Positions 8,172-16,052 of a stretch of 61,445 bases of DNA are shown in pieces. How positions within the stretch are numbered: position 1 is the stretch's first letter; the number at the start of each line of letters is the position of its first letter. The position numbers and the translations under genes are program-made. The notes beneath the pieces were generated by a model. It was not told the DNA's origin. It was given only the letters and a program-made list of their open reading frames with translations, and made no database searches. The stretch comes from Candidatus Aenigmatarchaeota archaeon (GTDB lineage: Archaea; Aenigmatarchaeota; Aenigmatarchaeia; CG10238-14; SpSt-28): positions 1-61,445 of the forward strand of contig JAJHRL010000001.1 of the NCBI GenBank assembly GCA_020832825.1, written 5' to 3'.

Positions 8172-8954
8172 ATGGAATTTCCTTTTAATCCAGTAGAAAG
8201 AGCTGAAGCCGTTGAAAAAATTGTGATGAAGAATAACAAAAGAAAGTATTATCGTTTTAGATTTGCCCCATATTATGGAGGAATTGTAACTGCAGACACA
8301 ATTGGTTGTTGCTTTCTTTGTGCTTATTGTTGGAACTATTTTAGAAATTTAAAACCGGAAAATTTTGGAGAGTTTTTCTCTCCAGAAGAAGTTGTTGAAA
8401 AGTTAATTAGAATAGCTGAAAGAAAGAATTGTAATAAATTTAGAGTAAGCGGAGGAGAGCCAATACTTGGCAGTAGCTCATTTTCTCATCTTTTAAGAAT
8501 TCTTGAGTTAATAAAAGAAAAGTTTAGAAAGTTTAGAAGGTTTGAATTCATTATAGAAACAAATGGATTAATTCTCGGATATTATCCTGAGCTGATAAAA
8601 AATTTAAAGGAATTCAAAAACTTCATTTTCGTAAGAATTTCGATTAAAGGTTGGGATGAAGATTCTTTTGAAAAGGTTTCTGGTGCTAAGAAAGAGTATT
8701 TTACTTACCCTGTTGAAGCTCTTAAGAATTTGAAAAAGAACGGTATAGTAGCTTGGCCTGCTATTATGTATGAAATTTTTGGGGACAATGGTCTAAGAAA
8801 AATTAAAGAGAAACTAAAAAATGAAGGAATAGAAACAGAGGTCGAAGTCGAATATTTAGAAAGATATTCATTTGTAGAGGAAAATCTAAGGAAAAGAGGT
8901 TTTGGCGTTTATAAAGCTTCGCGATTGAGTTACGACTGTATAACAAAGCTTTAA
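8172..8954 (+). CDS. Radical SAM protein of unknown function
   Basis: GCCFLCAYCWN (CX3CX2C) and SGGEPIL. Starts 3 nt after the speH stop. Confidence 0.7.
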   Translation: MEFPFNPVERAEAVEKIVMKNNKRKYYRFRFAPYYGGIVTADTIGCCFLCAYCWNYFRNLKPENFGEFFSPEEVVEKLIRIAERKNCNKFRVSGGEPILGSSSFSHLLRILELIKEKFRKFRRFEFIIETNGLILGYYPELIKNLKEFKNFIFVRISIKGWDEDSFEKVSGAKKEYFTYPVEALKNLKKNGIVAWPAIMYEIFGDNGLRKIKEKLKNEGIETEVEVEYLERYSFVEENLRKRGFGVYKASRLSYDCITKL

Positions 8955-8978
8955 AAAAATATAGGTAAATTATCTATT

Positions 8979-9212
8979 ATGTTTGAAAAATTTTTTAGAT
9001 GGTCTTTTGCTATAGGAAAATCTATAATAGAGGCAAAATGTGGTGAAGAAAAGAGAAAGGATCTTCTAAGAAAACTTATTTTTGATATAAGAGGAGAGGA
9101 TACTCCTGGAAGATTTCTTGAAAGACTTAGTAAAAGATTGACGGAGTATAGAACTAGCCCTCAGTTACATGACCCAAAAAATTATGAAATTTTTGAAGGT
9201 GGTGTCGAATGA
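8979..9212 (+). CDS. Hypothetical protein (77 aa)
   Basis: ORF with ATG. Its stop overlaps the next start (ATGA). No recognisable family. Confidence 0.45.
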   Translation: MFEKFFRWSFAIGKSIIEAKCGEEKRKDLLRKLIFDIRGEDTPGRFLERLSKRLTEYRTSPQLHDPKNYEIFEGGVE

Positions 9213-9691
9213 ACATGAAGCATTATAGGGTTGGAGTTCATACATTAGTTGACCTGCTTTATTCTCCTGAAAAGATACTAACACAAACACATTACAGAAA
9301 AAACTATGAAAATGGAAGCGCGATACATCTAAAACTTGGGTATACTGGCGGGGAAACGTTCAAAAGGTATTACACGATTGGAAACTACTTGATAGAAGTG
9401 ATAGGAACTCCAGATAAGATTAATTACAAAGAAGCTTGTGTTGAAGAGTTAAAAACGTACAAAACGGAGAGAACAAGAGAGATACAGAAAGAAAGGGGAA
9501 GACTGCAACTACTTATCTACAGCGAGCTAACTGGATTGAGCTGCGCGAAATTAATACTTCACGATGCTGTAAACAATAAGACAGAAACAATTTATTTCAA
9601 CTTTACAGAAGAAGAAGTCCGAGAAACTGTTAATGAGGCGCTGAGGAGATTCATAAAACTCAGAGAATTTGGAGAAGCCCTGCGTGGTTAG
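9209..9691 (+). CDS. Cas4/RecB-like PD-(D/E)xK nuclease lacking the Fe-S cysteine cluster
   Basis: Motifs in Cas4 order: LLYSPEKIL (Cas4 has Y-C-P-R here), GSAIHLKL, GTPDKI..VEELKTYK (D..ExK), QLLIYSEL (QxxxY). Only two scattered Cys and no C-terminal CxxC..C. Confidence 0.6.
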   Translation: MNMKHYRVGVHTLVDLLYSPEKILTQTHYRKNYENGSAIHLKLGYTGGETFKRYYTIGNYLIEVIGTPDKINYKEACVEELKTYKTERTREIQKERGRLQLLIYSELTGLSCAKLILHDAVNNKTETIYFNFTEEEVRETVNEALRRFIKLREFGEALRG

Positions 9692-9692
9692 T

Positions 9693-9893
9693 ATGGCTGT
9701 CGAAGCTGTCAAAAAGATTTTGAAAAAATATGAGAAGCAAATTGAGAAGTCAACTGAAGTAATAATAACAGATATAGAATATCACGACAGCGATACTGGG
9801 GAGATAAGAAGGGAAATAAAAATAAACTACCGAGTTGGCTACTATGAAGGGAAAGAGAAGAAAGGAGGAAGTCACAAAGAATACATAAGGTGA
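9693..9893 (+). CDS. Hypothetical protein (66 aa)
   Basis: ATG lies 1 nt after the preceding stop (the track lists an upstream alternative start at 9669). No recognisable family. Confidence 0.4.
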   Translation: MAVEAVKKILKKYEKQIEKSTEVIITDIEYHDSDTGEIRREIKINYRVGYYEGKEKKGGSHKEYIR

Positions 9894-9897
9894 TTTA

Positions 9898-10078
9898 ATG
9901 GCTCAAGGAGATATTTTGAAAATTCTTAAGCGAAAAACAACAAGCAACAATTAGAGAAATCTTCCAATTAACAAACGTAAACATTTACAGCATTTACAAA
10001 AACCTCAAGAGGCTTCAGAAACAAGGCATCGTTTTTTATAATAACGGTATAGTTCGATTAATTCGTAAACAAAAATAA
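9898..10078 (+). pseudogene. Small winged-helix DNA-binding protein, interrupted by a +1 frameshift
   Basis: Frame 1 gives MAQGDILKILKRKTTSNN* (9898-9954). The +1 frame continues ..KQQATIREIFQLTNVNIYSIYKNLKRLQKQGIVFYNNGIVRLIRKQK* (to 10078), an HTH-plus-wing pattern. Removing one A from the A5 run at 9933-9937 restores a 59-aa ORF. Confidence 0.55.
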
Positions 10079-10350
10079 CAAAAAACATCGTGAAAAAAAC
10101 TCGAGGCGAGAGCTAAATATTGGTAGAGCAAATGAACTCTTTCCATTTCCGCTCTTGTTATTTTTACCTCGTTCGCTGGAAATGATAAAAAATCAGGCTT
10201 GAATTTTTCTTGCCAAAACTTATCAATTTCATTTTGGATTTTCCCAAACCAAACGAGAAATAGCAAACCCAGATCGGCTAAAAATATAATAATCGCGAGT
10301 TGCTTATCTAAGAGAGGGATGGAGCTTAAAGAGGCTTAAGAAAGCACTTG

Positions 10351-10380
10351 GTTGAAATCAGACTAATGTAGGATTGAAAG
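10351..10380 (+). CRISPR. Solitary CRISPR repeat unit (no array)
   Basis: GTTGAAATCAGACTAATGTAGGATTGAAAG is 30 nt and ends in the ATTGAAAG crRNA 5'-handle. It matches 23/30 positions of the Pyrococcus-type repeat GTTCCAATAAGACTAAAATAGAATTGAAAG as I recall it. No second copy was seen in the window. Confidence 0.7.
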
Positions 10381-10405
10381 AAGAGAGGCTTGAGTGCTAT
10401 AGGAA

Positions 10406-11278
10406 ATGTATAAAATTGCCAATATCGGATTCTTAGATATGATAAAGAAATTTAGAATCATTTTAGATGAAATTCTACCGGAATTTAAAGAAATCCTACC
10501 AAGAGGCTACCAAAAAATTGGAGATATAGTTGTAATATCTTTACACCCAAATCTCATAAAATACGAGAAAAAAATTGGAGAGACAATTCTTAAAAATCTT
10601 CCGAATGTTAGGGTTGTTTGCAGAAGAATAGGTCCCGTGAAGGGAGAAATGAAAGAGCCTCAACTAAAAGTGATAGCTGGAGAGGAAAATACAGAGACAA
10701 TTCACAAAGAAGGGAAGTGTATTTACAAACTTGACGTAAGAAAAATAATGTTTTCAAAAGGAAATATAAACGAAAGACATAGGCTTCAAAAACAAGTGAA
10801 GGAAGGAGAGGTTATTGTTGATCTTTTTGCAGGCATTGGTTATTTTTCAATTGGAATAGCAAAATTTTGCAAACCGAAAATAATTTATGCTATTGATGTT
10901 AATCCAACTGCAATAGAGTATTTGAAGGAGAACATAAGATTAAATAAAGTTGAAGGGAAAATAGTTCCGATAGTTGGAGATTGTAGGGAAGTTGTTAGAA
11001 AATTAGGTAAAATTGCAGACAGAGTTATAATGGGATTTTTACCTGGAACTTACAGATTTCTGGATTCCGCTTTTTCTGTTCTGAAGGAGGAAGGGGGAAT
11101 AATTCATTATCATGATACTTTTAAAAAGGAAGAGTTATTCGAAAAGCCTATAGAAATACTTAGAAATGCTGCTGAAAGGAATGGGTATAAACTTTCTGAA
11201 ATCTTGTATAAAGGAATTGTAAAATCTTATGCCCCAAGAATATATCATATTGTCATAGATGCGAAATTCTCTAGGTAA
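10406..11278 (+). CDS. Trm5/Taw2 (Met-10+) family tRNA G37-modifying SAM-dependent transferase
   Basis: VIVDLFAGIGYFSIGIA SAM motif, AIDVNPTAIEYLKENIRLNKV, MGFLPG. The start may be the Met at 10439. Confidence 0.8.
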   Translation: MYKIANIGFLDMIKKFRIILDEILPEFKEILPRGYQKIGDIVVISLHPNLIKYEKKIGETILKNLPNVRVVCRRIGPVKGEMKEPQLKVIAGEENTETIHKEGKCIYKLDVRKIMFSKGNINERHRLQKQVKEGEVIVDLFAGIGYFSIGIAKFCKPKIIYAIDVNPTAIEYLKENIRLNKVEGKIVPIVGDCREVVRKLGKIADRVIMGFLPGTYRFLDSAFSVLKEEGGIIHYHDTFKKEELFEKPIEILRNAAERNGYKLSEILYKGIVKSYAPRIYHIVIDAKFSR

Positions 11279-12113
11279 TTTTTGCATCTATACAAACTTT
11301 ATGCATCCTAACTCCAAACCTTCCAACTATTCTTTTGGATAGAACTTCAACTTTTCTTCCCAATTTTTCAGCCTCCTTCATCAAAATTTCTATAGCATCT
11401 TGAAAAAGTCTTTCTTCAGAAGAGATAAAATAAAAGTGTAAGATGCCATTCTGCTTCAAGCATTTAATTGCAGTTTCTAAATACTTCCATCCTTCTATCG
11501 CGAAAGGCATTATAACTCTATCGCAGCATCCAAAATAATCTTTGCACTTTTCTTCGACATCACCAAGTATTGGGATTATTTTATCTGATAACTTATTTAT
11601 CCTTATGTTTTCCTGCATGTAATAAAATGCATCCGGGTTTATTTCTATTGCTATTACTTTTCCCACATTTGGTTGTTTCTTACAAATTGCAATCCCATAA
11701 ACTCCTGTACCTGCAAACATTAACATTACAATTTCATTTGGCTTAACTTGGGATGCTATTCTTTGTCTTTCAGTTGCTTCTCGTGGCGAAAAATAGGCTT
11801 TTCTGGGATCTACTTTAATAAGATATCCGTACTCTTTATGAATTACTTCCGTATTTTCGTCGCCTGCTATTAATTCAAGATTATAAAGTCTGTATTTTCC
11901 TACTCTTCCTGAAAGCTTTTTTAAAACGCTTTTAACGTTTTTATTAAGCTTCATTATAGCTTCTGCTATTAACTTATCCTTAGATTCAAGCTCTCTTCTA
12001 ATTTTAACTATAGCTACAGCTTTTCCTTTAGAACCAATTATATCAAAACTCCTGGGAACTAATTTCAATTCTTGTTCGTTCAACTTTTCTTTTAACAGCT
12101 CTATAAGCTTCAT
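11271..12113 (-). CDS. Trm5/Taw2 (Met-10+) family paralog
   Basis: IVMLMFAGTGVYGIAIC, AIEINPDAFYYMQENIRINKL, VIMPFA. Convergent with the paralog and overlaps its 3' end by 8 nt. Confidence 0.8.
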   Translation of the reverse strand: MKLIELLKEKLNEQELKLVPRSFDIIGSKGKAVAIVKIRRELESKDKLIAEAIMKLNKNVKSVLKKLSGRVGKYRLYNLELIAGDENTEVIHKEYGYLIKVDPRKAYFSPREATERQRIASQVKPNEIVMLMFAGTGVYGIAICKKQPNVGKVIAIEINPDAFYYMQENIRINKLSDKIIPILGDVEEKCKDYFGCCDRVIMPFAIEGWKYLETAIKCLKQNGILHFYFISSEERLFQDAIEILMKEAEKLGRKVEVLSKRIVGRFGVRMHKVCIDAKIT

Positions 12114-12243
12114 ACAATTTTTAGTTCTGTTATAATTTGCTTGAAGACTCTTCTTATAACTTATCTAAAAACTCACATGAAGTAATGGCTAAAAGTTTAC
12201 ATTTACTAAAGGCTGCGAGCGATTGATGCATTACCTATAACTA

Positions 12244-12516
12244 ATGAAGCCCATGGTAGCTCTCTCTGTAAAAACTTGGATTATTGTTAGCTATTCTAGA
12301 ATTCAGCATGTTATAATACGAGAATCTTTCTGGCAAAGAATTTTAGAATTGGCTTCTGTTTCTATACAAACTGCAAGAGAAATTGAAACATCTACAAGTT
12401 ATTGGTGGCGTAACACTCCGACAGTTCCAGATTTAAATTTAGAAGATGCTAAAAAATTGAGAGATCAAATAATCTGTATTTCCAACAAAGCATACAGACC
12501 AATTGCAGGAGTATGA
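12244..12516 (+). pseudogene. Fragment of a bPH2 (DUF304/YdbS-like) domain protein
   Basis: VSYSRIQHVIIRESFWQRILELASVSIQTA...LNLEDAKKLRDQI fits the bacterial PH-domain pattern. The N-terminal strands and the usual transmembrane helices are missing, and stops lie upstream. Confidence 0.4.
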
Positions 12517-12976
12517 TTATTGTGTAAACGCAGTTTTTAGTATTTAATTTAATTAACGTCTTTTAACTTCTATAGACTTGCTTCCATTGTATATAAAGGA
12601 AAGATTCTTAAATCTATAGCTTTCGCTCCTTACCTCCCTTGCGTGTTTGGAGTTGTTTCCAAGCTATGTTAGTTCTTCAGTTTAATTATGCAATTAACTT
12701 CATACTTCTAATCTCTCACGGGTTTGATTCATTGTAGGCATCAAGAAATTTTATAATGAAAGCTAATAGCGTTCTTTCACAGTTCTAATGAAATTAAAAA
12801 TTTAGCGGTGATCATAAAATTCTAAGAAGAAGAGGTTTAAAAGAAGAAACAGGAAATAATAGAAAATTTATGAAATCTTCCTGATCTACTTGGAGAAATC
12901 AATAACAAGAGGTTTTACCAGTTTCTGAGTGAAAGAAAAAATCTATAACTGGATAGCTCACAAAAAATAAGTTACA

Positions 12977-15295
12977 TCACTTTAATTTCTTTTCTAATTT
13001 TTGCTCTGTTTCATAAACAAGCTTTCTCGTTTTTGATACAACATCTGGATTTACCGATACAGAATCAATGCCATGTTTAACTAAAAATTCCGTTATTTCT
13101 GGGTATACTGATGGCGCCTGACCGCAAATTGATACCGTAACATTTTTTCTGTGAGCTTTTCTAATGAGCTCTTTTATTGCTCTCAAAACGGCTTCATTTC
13201 TTTCGTCGAAGTATCCCATATTCGCTAAAATACCAGAATCTCTATCAATTCCTAATACTAGTTGAGTCAAATCATTGCTACCTATGGAGAAGCCATCACA
13301 ATATTTAGCAAATTTATCTGCTAAGAAAACTATACTTGGAACTTCGGCCATTAACCAGACTTTAAAGGTTTCGCTTCTTTTCAATCCCTCTTCTTCCATT
13401 ATTTTTAAAGCTTTTTCAACTTCCCAAGTTGTTCTAACGAAAGGCAACATAACCCAAACGTTATCAAGCTTATACTCCTCTCTAACTTTTCTAATTGCTC
13501 TACATTCTAGTCTGAAGGCTTTTTCAAATTGCGGCGAAATATAACGAGAAACTCCACGCCATCCTATCATAGGGTTTGCTTCTAGAGGTTCATATTTTTC
13601 CCCACCTACCAACTCTCTGTATTCATTTGTCTTGAAGTCGCTAAATCTAACGACAACAAATCTTGGATAAATTGCTCTTGCAACCATTGCTATTCCTTCT
13701 GCAAGTTTATCAATATACTTTTGTTCTTCTCCTTTCTCAATCAAGTAATTAGGATGTTCCTTAATCCATTCTGCAATTATAAATTCAATTCTCATCAAGC
13801 CAATTCCATCGAATGGTAAGTCTTTGTATTTCTCAATTTCCATCGGGACTCCAAGATTCATCAAAATTTTTGTCCTTGTTTTCAGCTTTGCTGCTTCCTC
13901 TGGCGGAACTTCAAGCATTTTTTCTCTTTCTAACAGCTCTTTAATTTCTCCTTCATAAACTAATCCATTTCTTGAATCAAGAGTTATCAGCATGTTATCT
14001 TTTAAAACTTCTAATGCATTAGAAGCACCTACTACGCATGGAATGCCAAGTTCTCTTGACACAATTGCAGCATGCGACGTCATACCCCCCTCAGTTGTTA
14101 TTATTCCGCTAGCAATTCTCATGAATGGGACCCAGTCTGGAGAAGTCATCTTTGTAACGAGTATATCTCCTTTTTCAAGTTTTTGCCTCGCTTCTTCTAT
14201 TGTTAAACAAACTTTAACTTTTCCAATAGCTACTCCAGGAGAAGCTGGTAAACCTTTTAAAATTGGCGGTTTTTCAACTATTACCTTAGCTTCTTTCTTC
14301 TCATAAAATACAGTTACTGGCCTAGATTGCACTAAATAAACTTTTCCATTTTCACTAGCCCATTCAAAATCTTGTGGGAACTGGTAATGTTCTTCCAATT
14401 TTCTTGCTAAATCCCAAAGCTGTTTTATTTCATCTTCGGTTAAACACAAAACTTTTCTCATTTCTTCAGGAACTTCCGTTTCTTCTAGTTCTCCACCTTC
14501 TTTTGTTACTTTCATTTTTTCTTTAGTACCAATACGAGTTTCTAGGAGCTTTCCACTTTCTTTATCAATAATGTAAGTATCTGGATTAACTTCTCCACTA
14601 ACAATAGCTTCTCCTTGACCGTAAGAAGCTTCTACAACAATTTTATTTTTCTCTCCAGTAACAGGATGAATTGTAAAACCTATGCCCGCTTTGTATTTTC
14701 CTTGCAAATATTCTTCTTTGCTTAAAACTCCGAGCTGTTTTTGAACTACAACTGCAATATAAACTTTTTCATGCTTGAAGCCTTTTTGTTGTCTATAGAA
14801 TGTTGCTCTTGCGGTAAACAAACTCGCCCAACATTTTTGGACAGCCTTAACCACATTTTCCTTACTTTTTATGTTTATCAAAGTTAGTTGTTGCCCAGCA
14901 AAACTAGCATCAGGAACATCTTCAGCGGTAGCAGAACTTCTTACAGCAACATGTTCTTCTTCTTTCCCAAATTCTTTTGACAACTTTTCATAAGCTTCAA
15001 TTATTTCTCTTTCTATTTCTTCAGGCATCTTAGCGTTTTCAATTAATTCTCTAATCTTTTTTGTATTTTCTTCAAGATTTGTTGGATTGTCGAAATCAGT
15101 TTCTTTCAAAATCTTCAAAATTTTTCCTTTAAGTTTTGTTCTCTTCAAAAACTCTTTGTAAGCTTCAGCAGTAACAACAAAAGCTTGGGGAACAGGCAAG
15201 CCAGCATTATACATTTCTCCTAGATTAGCAGCTTTTCCTCCAACTAGAGGCAAATCATTTTTTGATAATTCCTTTAACCATCTTACGAATTTCAT
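12977..15295 (-). CDS. ppsA: Phosphoenolpyruvate synthase
   Basis: ATP-grasp N-terminus (LPLVGGKAANLGEM), phosphohistidine swivel motif GGMTSHAAIVSRELGIPCVVG, and a C-terminal PEP-utilising TIM barrel (SIGSNDLTQ). Confidence 0.95.
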   Translation of the reverse strand: MKFVRWLKELSKNDLPLVGGKAANLGEMYNAGLPVPQAFVVTAEAYKEFLKRTKLKGKILKILKETDFDNPTNLEENTKKIRELIENAKMPEEIEREIIEAYEKLSKEFGKEEEHVAVRSSATAEDVPDASFAGQQLTLINIKSKENVVKAVQKCWASLFTARATFYRQQKGFKHEKVYIAVVVQKQLGVLSKEEYLQGKYKAGIGFTIHPVTGEKNKIVVEASYGQGEAIVSGEVNPDTYIIDKESGKLLETRIGTKEKMKVTKEGGELEETEVPEEMRKVLCLTEDEIKQLWDLARKLEEHYQFPQDFEWASENGKVYLVQSRPVTVFYEKKEAKVIVEKPPILKGLPASPGVAIGKVKVCLTIEEARQKLEKGDILVTKMTSPDWVPFMRIASGIITTEGGMTSHAAIVSRELGIPCVVGASNALEVLKDNMLITLDSRNGLVYEGEIKELLEREKMLEVPPEEAAKLKTRTKILMNLGVPMEIEKYKDLPFDGIGLMRIEFIIAEWIKEHPNYLIEKGEEQKYIDKLAEGIAMVARAIYPRFVVVRFSDFKTNEYRELVGGEKYEPLEANPMIGWRGVSRYISPQFEKAFRLECRAIRKVREEYKLDNVWVMLPFVRTTWEVEKALKIMEEEGLKRSETFKVWLMAEVPSIVFLADKFAKYCDGFSIGSNDLTQLVLGIDRDSGILANMGYFDERNEAVLRAIKELIRKAHRKNVTVSICGQAPSVYPEITEFLVKHGIDSVSVNPDVVSKTRKLVYETEQKLEKKLK

Positions 15296-15332
15296 GAGAA
15301 TTTATTTCACATTACTATTTAAAAAGATTTCT

Positions 15333-16052
15333 ATGAAGGCTGGAGTACTCTTTAGCGGTGGGAAAGACTCAACTTTGGCTCTGATCAAAGCTAGTAGGGA
15401 GCATGAGATAAGGTGCTTAATCTCTGTGATACCAGAAAACCCAGAGAGCTACATGTTTCATGTTCCAAATGTTTCATTAACTAAATACCAAGCAGAAGCA
15501 ACGGAGATCTCTATAATTCAAAAATTTACAAAAGGAGAAAAGGAGAGAGAATTGAATGATCTAAAAAATGCTATTGGAGAAGCAAAAGAAAAATTTGGAA
15601 TTGAAGGTATCGTTACAGGAGCTATTAAATCAAATTATCAGTATTCGAGAATAAAAAGAATTTGCGATGAATTAAAACTTGAACTAATATCTCCGCTTTG
15701 GCAAATGGATGAGATAGAGGAATTAAAAGAAGTTTTAAAAGAAGGAATAAAAGCGATAATTGTTTCAGTTTCTGCTTATCCTTTGACAAAGGATTTTCTT
15801 GGAAAAGAAATAGATGAAGCAGTTGTAAGAAAATTTATCGAATTTAGAGAAAAAGTTGGTTTTAATCCTTCTGGCGAGGGAGGGGAATACGAAACTTTCG
15901 TAGTAGATGCACCTATTTTTAAGAAGAAGATCTTTATCGAGGATTTTGACGTCGTTTGGGAAGGGAATTCTGGGTATTTAAGAATTAGGAAGGTAAGCCT
16001 ATTGGACAAAAATTTAACGCCGGGGGTGGGATTCGAACCCACAAGGGCGTAA
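15333..16052 (+). CDS. Diphthine-ammonia ligase-like PP-loop ATPase (MJ0570/Dph6 family)
   Basis: MKAGVLFSGGKDS PP-loop, GAI.SNYQ, GEGGEYETFV. The track ORF starts at 15294 but the Met at 15333 fits the family N-terminus. The last ~35 nt run antisense into tRNA-Ser. Confidence 0.8.
   Translation: MKAGVLFSGGKDSTLALIKASREHEIRCLISVIPENPESYMFHVPNVSLTKYQAEATEISIIQKFTKGEKERELNDLKNAIGEAKEKFGIEGIVTGAIKSNYQYSRIKRICDELKLELISPLWQMDEIEELKEVLKEGIKAIIVSVSAYPLTKDFLGKEIDEAVVRKFIEFREKVGFNPSGEGGEYETFVVDAPIFKKKIFIEDFDVVWEGNSGYLRIRKVSLLDKNLTPGVGFEPTRA

Noticed and set aside
10036-10266. 76-aa minus-strand ORF between the wHTH gene and the CRISPR repeat
   Set aside because: It has a non-ATG (TTG) start, overlaps the 3' end of the wHTH reading frame, and shows no family resemblance. 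The region may equally be a CRISPR leader remnant. Not reported as a gene.
10299-10327. Possible degenerate second CRISPR repeat (GTTGCTTATCTAAGAGAGGGATGGAGCTT) upstream of the solitary repeat
   Set aside because: It shares only the first GTTG and a GGAT core. The 52-nt spacing from the good repeat would leave a ~22-nt spacer, too short for an array period. Similarity is within chance for this composition.
12569-12630. Two TCTATAG-containing near-repeats as a possible mini-array or transposon end
   Set aside because: Only about 15 nt are similar, and imperfectly. There are no terminal inverted repeats, target duplications or a transposase nearby.
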